DNA of 64,000 nucleotides from Corallococcus exiguus (lineage in GTDB: Bacteria; Myxococcota; Myxococcia; Myxococcales; Myxococcaceae). Below are positions 28,526 through 38,600 of this stretch, one piece after another (within the stretch, counting starts at the first letter, position 1; each line of letters begins with the position of its first letter). The stretch lies in NCBI RefSeq assembly GCF_051058965.1, contig NZ_CP183924.1; one strand, 5' to 3'. The position numbers were made by a program, and so were the translations under genes. A model generated the notes under the pieces. That model was not told the origin of the DNA and did not search any database. It worked only from the letters and a program-made list of their open reading frames with translations.

Positions 28526-28681
28526 GGGCTTCCGAGACAAGTGGGCCGGGGAAAAAATGCCGCTTTTCCAACTGTAGGCTGCATTCCCCACCCCGAACAG
28601 CCCGCCCTTGTCCGCCTGCACGTTCCACACTGGCGGTAAACCACGTAGTCACGTTGAACTTGTATTTCCACATTTCCAAGA

Positions 28682-28702
28682 ATCACAGTCCTGCTTTGTG
28701 AT
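28682..28702. promoter_or_regulatory. imperfect palindrome ATCACAG-N7-TTGTGAT in an AT-richer divergent promoter region
   Basis: It sits in the 218-bp region between the divergent desaturase-like and HO-like genes. Six of seven positions form an inverted repeat. Confidence 0.25.
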
Positions 28703-28743
28703 AAACGCCGACCCAGCCCTTTTGGACCACCCTGGAGGCGGCA

Positions 28744-29406
28744 ATGCGGAACCAGACCATCGAGGCGGCACTGGCGAAGAATCCCCACCGTGAACAGCTG
28801 ATCAAGCACCGGTTCTTCGAGGTGGTGGACGAGAAGGCCTTCAGCCGCGACCAGGCGGAGCTGGTGCTGGGTCAGTGGTGGCACCCCCTGCACTATTTCC
28901 CCACCTTCCTGGGCAAGCTGATCGCCGTCTGCCCGCAGATGGAGATGAAGACGGCGGTGACGCACATCCTCAACCAGGAGGTGGGCGAGGGAGACCCGGC
29001 GCGCGCGCACGAGCGCTTCTTCATCCAGACGATGACGGACGCGGGCTTCACCCAGGCGGGCGTGTCCGAGGCGGACATGACGCCCGCGACGCGCCGGCTC
29101 ATCGACGGGTACCAGCGCTCCACGGACAGCCACCTCACCGGCCTGGGCTTCCTCTACGGCACGGAGGTGGCGGACCTCACCATGGTGGCCAAGCTGGGCA
29201 AGCTGGTGCGCCGCACCACGGGCCTCAAGTCCCTGCCCTGGGTGGACATCCACGTGAAGCAGGAGCCGGACCACGTGGAGACGGCCGGCCACACGATGGG
29301 GCTCGCGTACACGGACGAGGAGCTGGCCACCATCACCCGCGGCGCCGAGGAGATGTGGCAGCTGTGGGTGGGTTTCTTCGAGGAGCTGCGCAACCGCGTC
29401 GTCTGA
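28744..29406 (+). CDS. haem-oxygenase-like / TenA-PqqC-fold (iron-containing redox enzyme family) protein
   Basis: 220 aa, all-helical by composition. WWHPLHYFPTFL and EVGEG...HERFF segments are typical of the HO-like fold. The assignment is by fold family only. Confidence 0.55.
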   Translation: MRNQTIEAALAKNPHREQLIKHRFFEVVDEKAFSRDQAELVLGQWWHPLHYFPTFLGKLIAVCPQMEMKTAVTHILNQEVGEGDPARAHERFFIQTMTDAGFTQAGVSEADMTPATRRLIDGYQRSTDSHLTGLGFLYGTEVADLTMVAKLGKLVRRTTGLKSLPWVDIHVKQEPDHVETAGHTMGLAYTDEELATITRGAEEMWQLWVGFFEELRNRVV

Positions 29407-29488
29407 GCGGCCGCCTGCGTCAAGCGCCAACCCCTTGGAATCCGTGCGTTTTCACACGGAACACTGGCGAATCTCTCCAGGTAGGGTA

Positions 29489-29515
29489 GTCACTCCCGCG
29501 TCACGGGAGTGTCAC
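29489..29515. promoter_or_regulatory. near-perfect palindrome / hairpin between the HO-like gene and the DUF47-pitA operon
   Basis: gtcactcccg cgtca cgggagtg(t)cac. It could be a terminator for the upstream gene or an operator for the phosphate-transport operon. Confidence 0.25.
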
Positions 29516-29584
29516 CCCCTAGAGGCGCCACCACCCTCCCGCGGCTGACAGCTCCTGTCCCTCCAGGCGCCGAGGGAGATCCCC

Positions 29585-30211
29585 ATGCTCGAAAAGCTGA
29601 TGCCGAAGTCGGACGAGTTCTTCGACGACTTCGACGCGCAATGCGCCAGAACTGTCGAGGGAGCAAAGCTCCTACACGAGCTCCTGAGCGACTTCCGGGA
29701 CGTGCCCACGCGCGTCCAGGCCCTCAAGGACGTGGAGCACAAGGGCGACGAGGTCACCCACACGGCCTTCAACCGCCTCCACCAGCAGTTCATCACCCCG
29801 TTCGACCGGGGGCAGATCCACACGCTGCTGTCGCGCATCGACGACGTGCTGGACCTGACCAACGCGGCGGCGGCGCGCCTGCTGTACTACGAGATCGAAT
29901 CCACCCGGGCGGATGCCACGGAGCTGGCGCGGCTGCTGGTGCTCTCCACGCTGAAGGTGCAGGAGGTCGTCGCGGCGCTGCGGCTCATCAAGAAGCCGGA
30001 GCAGATCCTCGCGGGCTGCAAGGAGATCAAGCACCTGGAGTCCCAGGCGGACGAGGCGCTGCGCGCGGGCATGGGCCGGCTGTTCAAGAGCGGCGTGGAT
30101 ACCCTGACCATCATCAAGTGGAAGGAGATCTACGACCTCATCGAGACGGCCACGGACAAGTGCCAGGGCGTGGCCAACGTCATCGAGGGCGTCGTGCTGG
30201 AGCACAGCTGA
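29585..30211 (+). CDS. DUF47 (PhoU-like, Pit accessory) protein
   Basis: A helical protein of 208 aa, placed 1 nt upstream of pitA, which is the conserved gene order. It starts MLEKLMPKSDEFFDDFDAQ. Confidence 0.8.
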   Translation: MLEKLMPKSDEFFDDFDAQCARTVEGAKLLHELLSDFRDVPTRVQALKDVEHKGDEVTHTAFNRLHQQFITPFDRGQIHTLLSRIDDVLDLTNAAAARLLYYEIESTRADATELARLLVLSTLKVQEVVAALRLIKKPEQILAGCKEIKHLESQADEALRAGMGRLFKSGVDTLTIIKWKEIYDLIETATDKCQGVANVIEGVVLEHS

Positions 30212-30212
30212 G

Positions 30213-31238
30213 ATGCTGCTCGCAGCGGTCGTCGCCATCGTCATCGTCGCGCTCATCTTCGACTTCATCAACGGCTTCCACGACGCGGCGAACTCCATCG
30301 CCACCGTGGTGTCCACGCGCGTGCTGTCGCCGAACCTGGCTGTCGCCTGGGCCGCGTTCTTCAACTTCATCGCGGCCTTCGCGGGCGGCGTGCACGTGGC
30401 CAACACCATGGGCAAGGGCATCATCAACTTCGAGATGCTCCGCGCCGCCGGCCCCGCCGCGGTGCTGATGGTCATCTTCTCGTCGCTGATGGGCGCCATC
30501 GTCTGGAACCTGCTCACCTGGTGGTGGGGGCTGCCCTCGTCCTCCTCGCACGCGCTGGCGGGCGGGATGATTGGCGCCACCCTGCCCGTGCTGGGCTTCG
30601 AGGGCCTGGTGGGCAGCGGCATCGCGCGCATCGCGGCCTTCATCGTGCTGTCGCCGCTCATCGGCATGACGCTGGGCATCGGGATGATGCTGGCCAGCAC
30701 CTGGGCGGTGCACCGTCAGACGCCGCTGCGCGTGGACACCTGGTTCCGCCGGCTGCAGCTGGTGTCGTCCGCCATCTTCTCCTTCAGCCACGGCACCAAC
30801 GACGCGCAGAAGGTCATGGGCATCATCGCGGTGGTGCTCTTCGGCACCATCTGGCGCGACCGCCCGTTCCACATCGACTGGTGGATGATCATCTCCTGCC
30901 ACGCCGCCATCGCGATGGGCACGTTCTTCGGCGGCTGGCGCATCATCCGCACCATGGGCCACAGCCTCACGAAGCTGGCGCCCATTGGCGGCTTCAGCGC
31001 GGAGACGGGCGGCGGCGTCACCATCATCGCGCTGGCGGAGCTGGGCATCCCCGTCTCCACCACGCACACCATCACCGGCGCCATCGTCGGCGTGGGGTCC
31101 ACGCGCGGCTGGCGGGCCGTGAAGTGGGGCACCGCCGGCCGCATCATCTGGGCGTGGGTGTTCACCATCCCCGCGGCCGCGCTGGTGTCCGTCATCGTCT
31201 ACGGAATCACGCTGGCCGTGGTTCGGATGGTGGGCTGA
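30213..31238 (+). CDS. pitA: inorganic phosphate transporter, PiT family
   Basis: The PHO4 signature GFHDAANSIAT appears once and the second repeat (GTNDAQK) is also present. There are about 10 TM helices. Confidence 0.85.
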   Translation: MLLAAVVAIVIVALIFDFINGFHDAANSIATVVSTRVLSPNLAVAWAAFFNFIAAFAGGVHVANTMGKGIINFEMLRAAGPAAVLMVIFSSLMGAIVWNLLTWWWGLPSSSSHALAGGMIGATLPVLGFEGLVGSGIARIAAFIVLSPLIGMTLGIGMMLASTWAVHRQTPLRVDTWFRRLQLVSSAIFSFSHGTNDAQKVMGIIAVVLFGTIWRDRPFHIDWWMIISCHAAIAMGTFFGGWRIIRTMGHSLTKLAPIGGFSAETGGGVTIIALAELGIPVSTTHTITGAIVGVGSTRGWRAVKWGTAGRIIWAWVFTIPAAALVSVIVYGITLAVVRMVG

Positions 31239-31292
31239 AGAAAGCCCGGGCGCGGGGGAGCAGTCCCCCGCGCCACCTGCTGCTGCCCTGCC

Positions 31293-33080
31293 CTACTGCA
31301 CGACCCGGACGTTGAGGGACGACGACGGTCCACCCACGGCCGGCGGCACCCAGGGCACCACCTTCTTGTTCTGCCACTGGACCAGCTTCAGCGACGGGTC
31401 CTCCAGCGGCACATCGAAGGTGTAGGAGATGCGCGTGGGTCCTTCCGCGTCCGCCTCCTCGATGCGCACCATCATGCCCTTCATGTCGAACTCGTCGCCC
31501 TTGTGCACCGGGTGGCGCGCGGCGCGGTGGATGCGCTCCTCCACGGAGTCCAGGAAGTGGCCACCCTTGGTGAGCTCCAGCTCCACCGAGTTGGGGCCGG
31601 TGCGCGTCACCTTCTGCTCATAGAGCGAATAGGACAGCACCCACCAGGCCTTCGGCAGCGGATTGCCCGAGGACCACCAGCGCACGGAGCCGTAGATGCC
31701 GATGATGCCGTTGGGGGCGTTGAGCACCACCACGCGCTGATTGGAGAGCTTCGTCTGGTCAAACGCCTCCTCGTAGCGCGCCTGCACGCGCCCCATGAGC
31801 GCGTCCGCCTGGGAGTACTGCTCCATGGTCTGCCACCAGAGGTACGGCGAGCCCACGACGTGGATGAGGGCCATCACCGCCGCGCCGGCCAGCACCGCGC
31901 CCGCGCGCAACGTCTTCGCCCGCCCCTTCCACGCGTGGCGCAGCACCACGGCCAGTCCCACCGCCATGCCCAGGCTGGGCACGATGAGCGTGCGCGAGCC
32001 GGCGAAGGCGGAGTTGGACATCCACGTGGCCACGAACGCGCCCGTCAGCATCCAGCCCACCGTGCGGCGCTCCGCGGCCTCCAGCCGGGGCCACACGCCC
32101 CACACCAGCAGCGCGAACAGCGTGAAACCCACCGCGCCCAGGAGGGTGAAGAGGGGCACCAGGGACTGGTCGAAGATGAAGTCCGGAGGCGCGTTCAGCG
32201 TCAGGCCCGCGATGGCGGCCGGGACGCGCCCGAGCATCGCCTGGAACCACGCCACGGGCGTGCCCAGGGCGTCCAGGTACATGTCCGAGCCGCCCGCGCC
32301 GTAGCCCATGGCCCGGTACGCCGCGAAGTAGATGGCCATCAGCACGCCGAAGGGGATGAGCCCCTTGAGCTTGTCCTTCGCCTGCCCCGGGCCGGAGAAG
32401 GCCTCGTAGGCCAGCACGTACGGGCTGAGGATGACCATCGTCTCGCCGCACAGGAGCGCCAGCGCGAAGGACACCAGCGCGCCCACCAGGGTGCTCGTGC
32501 GCTTCTCCTCCCGCCACTTCACGTGGAGGAAGATGCCGAGGACGCCGAAGAGCAGCGACATCACCACGCTGCGGTAGGACAGCCAGCCCAGCACCGCCGC
32601 GTGCGAGCCCCAGATGGCGAAGAGGAACATCGCCACGCCCGCCACCGCCGTGGGCAGCACGCGCTTGAGCAGCACGCCCGCCAACACCACCAGGCCCACG
32701 TACCAGAGCAACGAGTGGAACTGGTAGGCCACCGCCACGCGGTTGTAGAGCACGTGGTCCAGTCCGTAGAGCAGGCTGCCCAGGGGCCGGAAGAACGCGA
32801 CGCGCACGGTGGGCTCCACCCACCACGGGAAGACGCCCACCTGCGCCAGGTGCAGCGTGTGCTCCGGGATGCCCGTGGCCGTGCGGTACACGTCCAGGGG
32901 CGTGTTCCCCAGCGGCGCGGGCGGCGGAATGTTGTCCCAGACGCCCAGCCAGATGAAGTCATCCGGCATGAATCCCGAGCGCAACGCGAGCGCGCCCAGC
33001 GCCACCGCGAACACGATGGAAATCCAGAAGTAACGCTTAAACGGCCAACCCGGGGCGGCTGGCGAAGGAGAAGTATCCAT
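31293..33080 (-). CDS. polytopic integral membrane protein (unknown function; possibly a membrane glycosyltransferase-like protein)
   Basis: 595 aa with at least 12 hydrophobic helices in the first 430 aa and a C-terminal soluble domain. GC3 is high. Confidence 0.55.
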   Translation of the reverse strand: MDTSPSPAAPGWPFKRYFWISIVFAVALGALALRSGFMPDDFIWLGVWDNIPPPAPLGNTPLDVYRTATGIPEHTLHLAQVGVFPWWVEPTVRVAFFRPLGSLLYGLDHVLYNRVAVAYQFHSLLWYVGLVVLAGVLLKRVLPTAVAGVAMFLFAIWGSHAAVLGWLSYRSVVMSLLFGVLGIFLHVKWREEKRTSTLVGALVSFALALLCGETMVILSPYVLAYEAFSGPGQAKDKLKGLIPFGVLMAIYFAAYRAMGYGAGGSDMYLDALGTPVAWFQAMLGRVPAAIAGLTLNAPPDFIFDQSLVPLFTLLGAVGFTLFALLVWGVWPRLEAAERRTVGWMLTGAFVATWMSNSAFAGSRTLIVPSLGMAVGLAVVLRHAWKGRAKTLRAGAVLAGAAVMALIHVVGSPYLWWQTMEQYSQADALMGRVQARYEEAFDQTKLSNQRVVVLNAPNGIIGIYGSVRWWSSGNPLPKAWWVLSYSLYEQKVTRTGPNSVELELTKGGHFLDSVEERIHRAARHPVHKGDEFDMKGMMVRIEEADAEGPTRISYTFDVPLEDPSLKLVQWQNKKVVPWVPPAVGGPSSSLNVRVVQ

Positions 33081-33301
33081 GTTTCAAAGATCTATCAGCA
33101 CGGCCCCCACACGAGATAGGTCCTCCTGGGTCGTCCGCTGCCACCGGAAACACGCGGAGTGCGGCGCGTGCGATGGAGATCCTTTGCCACCGCCCGGACT
33201 CCGGGTGATCCTCCGCCGACGAAGGGGGACGCGGTCCGGCAGGTGAAAACACGAATGCGAGCGCGCCTCGTTTCGTCCGCGCCGCCGCCGGGCCCGCACG
33301 C

Positions 33302-34717
33302 ATGCGCATCGCCATCATCGCCACGTACACCCATCCGACCCGGCTGCGAATCAAGGAACCCTCCATCATGCAGTCCTCCGTGCCGGAGCTCATCGCGGGC
33401 CTGTGCCCGGAGCACGCGGAGGTGGAGATCTTCAACGAGAAGGAGGCGGAGCTGCCGTTGGACCGGCACTGGGACCTCGTCTTCTTCTCGTACCTGCACT
33501 CGTACTACGAGCACACCAAGGTCCTCTCCACCCTCTTCCGTCAGCGCGGCATGACGACGGTGGCGGGAGGCCGGCACGCGGGCCACTTCCCCGACGACGC
33601 GGCGAAGTACTTCGACGCGGTCATCACCGGGGAGCCGGAGTCCAACGTGCCCGCGCTCATCGCGGACTTCGAGAAGGGCGAGCTGAAGCCCCGCTACAGC
33701 CTGCCGTCACAGGGCGCCGCCGCCATCCGGCCGTACCGCTACGAGCTCATCGACTTCAAGCACAACAAGGTGCGCCTGCCGGGCATCGAGGCGTCCCGCG
33801 GCTGCCCCTTCACGTGCAACTTCTGCGTGCTCACCGGCCACGAGCGCTACCGCTTCCGTCCCATCCCGGAGGTCATCGACGAAATCCAGACGCGCATGCG
33901 CTGGAACCCGAACTTCCTGGGGCTGATGGGGGACGCGTTCGTCTTCCTGGACAACAACCTGGGCGGCTCGCCCAAGTACCTGCGCGCGCTGTGTGAAGCG
34001 CTCATCCCGTTGAAGAAGACGTGGGGCTGCGCGCTCACCTTCAACGTGCTGAAGGACGACTCGCTGGTGAAGCTGATGGCGAAGGCGGGCTGCCGCTACG
34101 TCTACACCGGCCTGGAGTCGCTCAACCCGGAGTCGCTCAAGGCGATGAACAAGGGCCAGAACAAGCTGTCGGAGGTGGACGCCGTCATCCGCCGCGTCTT
34201 CTCCGCCGGCATCCTGCTGTCCTTCGGGCTCATCGTCGGCTCGGACGGCGACACCAACGAGTACCTGCACCGGCTGCCGGACTACCTGGCGGACCTGAAG
34301 TACTTCTCCGTCACGTTCCTGGGCATCGTGTGCCCGTATCCGGAGACGCCCTTCTTCCGCGAGCTCAAGGCCGAGGACCGGCTGCTGCCCGGCACCACCA
34401 GCCGCGACTACGACGGCTACACGCTGTGCCACCGGCCCAAGCAGATGCACGCGTCGGAGGTGGTGGAGCACTTCCAGCGGCTGTGCCACACGCTGGGCAG
34501 CCTGCCCAACATCGCGCGGCACTACGCGTCCAAGCTGATGATGAGCGACCTGCCCCGCTACAAGCAGACCATCCTCTTCTCCGGGCCGGAGATCGTCAGC
34601 ATCCGCAACCCGGTGAAGAACAAGGAGCGCCGCTACATCGCGGGACTGGACGCCATCGAGGCGTGGGACGCGGAGCGGATGCCCGCGCTGGGCCTCACGC
34701 CGCAGGTCCTGACCTGA
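33302..34717 (+). CDS. B12-binding radical SAM protein (class B rSAM)
   Basis: An N-terminal cobalamin-binding-like Rossmann segment, then the rSAM cluster motif CPFTCNFC (CxxxCxxC). Confidence 0.85.
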   Translation: MRIAIIATYTHPTRLRIKEPSIMQSSVPELIAGLCPEHAEVEIFNEKEAELPLDRHWDLVFFSYLHSYYEHTKVLSTLFRQRGMTTVAGGRHAGHFPDDAAKYFDAVITGEPESNVPALIADFEKGELKPRYSLPSQGAAAIRPYRYELIDFKHNKVRLPGIEASRGCPFTCNFCVLTGHERYRFRPIPEVIDEIQTRMRWNPNFLGLMGDAFVFLDNNLGGSPKYLRALCEALIPLKKTWGCALTFNVLKDDSLVKLMAKAGCRYVYTGLESLNPESLKAMNKGQNKLSEVDAVIRRVFSAGILLSFGLIVGSDGDTNEYLHRLPDYLADLKYFSVTFLGIVCPYPETPFFRELKAEDRLLPGTTSRDYDGYTLCHRPKQMHASEVVEHFQRLCHTLGSLPNIARHYASKLMMSDLPRYKQTILFSGPEIVSIRNPVKNKERRYIAGLDAIEAWDAERMPALGLTPQVLT

Positions 34718-35525
34718 TCCGGGACGGCAGGCGCACGTCCCACGCCAGCCCCAGGACCTGGAGCGCTCGGATGAAGAGCCAACCCGGGTCCCACTGCCAC
34801 CACACCCAACCGTGCCGCGCGGACGCGGGGAAGGCGTGGTGGTTGTTGTGCCAGCCCTCGCCCAGCGCGAGCACGCTCACCCACCACACGTTGCGGCTGT
34901 GGTCGCGCGTGTCGTGGACGCGCTTGCCGAACGCCGCGTGGCACACGGAGTTCACCGCGTAGGTGCTCTGCATCCAGCACACCACGGGCAGGAAGAAGTA
35001 CGCGGGCACCGTGCGCCAGCCGAACGTCAGCCCCACGAAGAGCACCCCCAGCACCTGCGGCGCGATGCGGTAGCGCAAGAGCCAGTGGTAGTAGCCGTCG
35101 TCCGCCATGTCGCGGCACCAGGTGCGCCAGCCGTCCTCTTCCGTGGAGGACTCGTTGAGGATCCACCCCATGTGCGCGTACCAGAAGCCGCGCAGCGGCG
35201 AGTGCACGTCCCCGTCCACGTCCGCCTTCGCGTGGTGCAGCCGGTGGTTCGCGGCCCACAGGAGCGGACTGCCCTGCGCGGTGAGCATGGCCACCGACAC
35301 CAGCGCGTACTCCACCCAGCGGGGGCACGCGAAGGCGCGGTGGCACAGGAGCCGGTGCAGCCCCACCGTCGTGCCCAGACCAATGGACACGTACACGGCC
35401 AGCGCCACCGGCAGCGCGTACGGCGGCCAGGGCAGGAAGAACGCCAGCGCGGCCAGCCCGTGGACCACGAGCATGTAGATGACGATGACGGGACTGAGCT
35501 GGAAGCGGAGCGGCGCGGTGATCAT
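34695..35525 (-). CDS. acyl-CoA (stearoyl-CoA-type) fatty-acid desaturase
   Basis: His boxes HRLLCH, HRLHH and HNNHHAFP, with four TM helices. Its 3' end overlaps the rSAM gene by 23 nt in convergent orientation. Confidence 0.85.
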   Translation of the reverse strand: MITAPLRFQLSPVIVIYMLVVHGLAALAFFLPWPPYALPVALAVYVSIGLGTTVGLHRLLCHRAFACPRWVEYALVSVAMLTAQGSPLLWAANHRLHHAKADVDGDVHSPLRGFWYAHMGWILNESSTEEDGWRTWCRDMADDGYYHWLLRYRIAPQVLGVLFVGLTFGWRTVPAYFFLPVVCWMQSTYAVNSVCHAAFGKRVHDTRDHSRNVWWVSVLALGEGWHNNHHAFPASARHGWVWWQWDPGWLFIRALQVLGLAWDVRLPSRIRSGPAA

Positions 35526-35619
35526 GGCCCGGTGCGTGAGGTCGAAGGAGAAGCACGCAGTCTAGGGGCCCCGCCTGACGGGACAAGGAATGCGTCAGGC
35601 GCGTCACATCACGCGAGCG

Positions 35620-38600
35620 TCACGGGACCTTGAGGCCTGGGGAGCAACGAGCGCCTCCACCGGCGGGGCCTGGAGGGTGGGTGGCCTGGAAGCGGTCCAT
35701 GCGGCGCAGCTCCGCGCGGGCCTCCACCTCCGTGAAGATGGCGCGCGCTCGGGCGAGGAAGTCCTCGCGCCGGTTCGGCAGCGCCACCGCCGCGTCGAAG
35801 TAGGCCACGCCCGTCTCCCAGCGGTTGGGGCTCTTCTCCAGGACGGCGATGGCCTCCAGGAACACGGGCTCCGCGGCCTTGGGTCCCTTGCGCAGGGCCA
35901 GCGAGCGCGCTGTCACGCGCAGCGCCGGACCCTTCAGGTACGGATAGAGCCTCGCGATGACGCGCGCCTTGAGGCAGGACAGCCGCACGACCTTCAGCAG
36001 CTTCTTGCGCGGCACCACCGTGGCGCCCTCCTCCAGCGCGAAGAGGGCCGCCTCCGCCGCGTCCACCAGCCCCACCTGGAGGAAGGGCACCAGCACCTGA
36101 TAGCTCCAGATGCTCTCGAAGCATCGCACCGCGACGAGCGCCGCCTCCTCCACCTGGTGCTCGCGCACCGTGACGTTGGCCAGGTGGTTGAGGCTGGCGC
36201 ACTGGTTGGCCAGGTCCGCCACCTCTTCGCTGATGCGCAGGCCCTGCTCCAGCTCCGCGCACAATTCGCCCACGTCACCTTCGCCCAACAGGTAGCGGCA
36301 CATGGGCGCCCACGAGTGCGCCCAGCCCTGGTGCATCAGCGCGTTGAGCTCCACGCCAATGGTCCCCATCTGCTCGTAGAGCGCCACCGCCGTGCGGAAG
36401 CGCGAGTGGAGGAACTCGCCCGTGGCCTGCATCATCAGCGACGTCTGGCGCTCCCAGCGCTCGCCCACCTGGCGCAGCGTGGAGACGGCCTCCTCCTGGA
36501 ATTCGCGCGCTCGCTCCAGCTCGTTGGCGAAGAAGGCCTGGATGCCCAGGCGGCTGAGCGCGAGCCCCTCCGCCACCGGGTCCTTGGAGCGGCGCGCGTA
36601 CTCCAGCGCCTTCTCACAGTGGTAGCGCGAGCGCTTGAGCAGCCCCGCTCCGAACAAGAGCGTGCCGTAGTAACCGCGCGCCATGCTCATGGCGTAGTCG
36701 TTGCGCGAGCGCTCCGCCATGTTGGTGGACACCAGCGTCGCCCAGGTGAGCTTGGTGATGTCCGCGAAGTAGTAGATGCGGATGAGAGAGTTGAGCGTGG
36801 ACAGCTGCTGCAGGTAGTTGCCCAGCCTCGCCGCCGGCAGCGGACGCAAGATGAAGGGCAGCAGCGTCGCGAGCCCCCGGAGCACCAGGTTCGCCAGCGT
36901 GCGCAGGCCCAGCGCGGCCAGGCTCCCGGGGAGGCTGCGGCCCCTCAGCACCAGCGACTTCTCCAGGTGCTGCGTGGCGAGCGCGGACTCGCCCTTCTCC
37001 TGGTGCGCGCGGCCCAGGCCCAGGTGCAGCTCCGCCTGGCGAGGGGGCTCCTCCTCGTCCACCAGGCACTGCTCGAACATCAGGATGGCGTTGGCGTAGT
37101 GGCCTGCCTGGAGCAGCGTCTCCGCCAGCTCCTGCATCACCCGGCGCGTCTGGAGCAGCGTCACCTCCGGGTCCACCGGAACGACGGTGCCCAGCAGCTC
37201 CAGGCCCCGGTTGTAGTGGTAGAGCGCGTCGTCGTTCGCGTATTGCGCCCGCGCGCTGCGGGCCGCCATCAGCGTGTACGCCAGGCCCTTGTCCTCCACG
37301 TTGCCCGCGAGGAAGTGGAACGCGAGCAGACCCGCGGAGGCCGCGAGGTTGTCGTTGGCGCGGGCCTCCAGGTAGCGCGCGAGCCGGCGGTGCAGGTCCT
37401 CACGCGCGGACACCAGCAGCGTGTTGTAGGCCACGTCGCGGATGACGATGTGCTTGAAGAGGCAGGTGTACGGCTCCTCCGTCTCCAGCAGGATGAGGCC
37501 CAGGCGCTGGAGCGTGTCCATGGCCTCGCGCAGCACGCCGTGGCCCAGGGTGGGCACCAGCGCCGCCACCGCGTCCAGCGTGAAGATGCGCCCGATGACG
37601 GACGCCACCTTCACCACCAGCTTCTCCGTCTCGCTGAGCAGGTCGATGCGCGACAGCACCACGTCCTGGATGGAGTCCGGCAGCAGCAGGTCCTGGAGGC
37701 CGCGCTTCAGCTCCATCCGCTGCGATCCGGGCTCCACCGGTCCCAGGTAGCCCTGCTCCGCCAGGCCCTCCACGATGGATTCGATGAAGAACGGGTTGCC
37801 CTGCACCTTCGCGAGTAGCCGGTCCTCCAGCGCGACGTCCGGCGGCGACAGGCGCAGGTGCAAGCGCAGGAGCGCCCGCGTGTCCTCTTCGTCCAGGCTC
37901 GTCAGGTCCACCGGGACGAACTCCGGCAGGTCGCGCAGCCCGCGGAGCTGGTCGCCCGGGCGCATCGTCGCCAGCACCATGATGCGGTGCGAGCCCACGC
38001 GCACCGCCAGGTACTGGAGCAGATCCAACGAGATGTAGTCCGCCCAGTGCAGGTCCTCGAAGAAGAGCAGCAGCGGCTGCGCGCGGCTGAGCTTTTCCAG
38101 GAGCTGGAAGACGATCTGGAACACCTTCTGCTGCTTGCGCCGCGCGTCCATCCCCGCCGTGGCGGACGTCTCCTCCAGCGACATGCCGAGGATGCCCGCG
38201 ACCACGGGAATCCACTCCGGCCCCACGTCCTCCAGGCCGTCCAGCCCCTGCCGCAGGCGCGTGAGCTGCGCCTCGGTGTCGTCCGAGTCGTGCAGACCGA
38301 AGGCCTGGAGCAGCACCTCCTTCCAGGGGAAGAAGGGGGTGAAGGCTTCGTAGGAGTAGCAGACGCCGTACAGCGCCCGGGCGCCGCCCTCCTCCGCGTC
38401 CTCCAGCACGCGCGCGCCCAGCCGCGACTTGCCGATGCCCGCCTCGCCGGACACCACGCTCACGCGGCCCTGGCCGGCGAAGGCCGCGTTGAGCGACGCG
38501 TGCAGCACGTTGAGCTCGCGGCTGCGGCCGATGATGTCGCCCCGGCCCTTGATGAAGAGGCTGCGGCGCGTCTCCCCCAAGAGCCGGTATACCGGCACCG

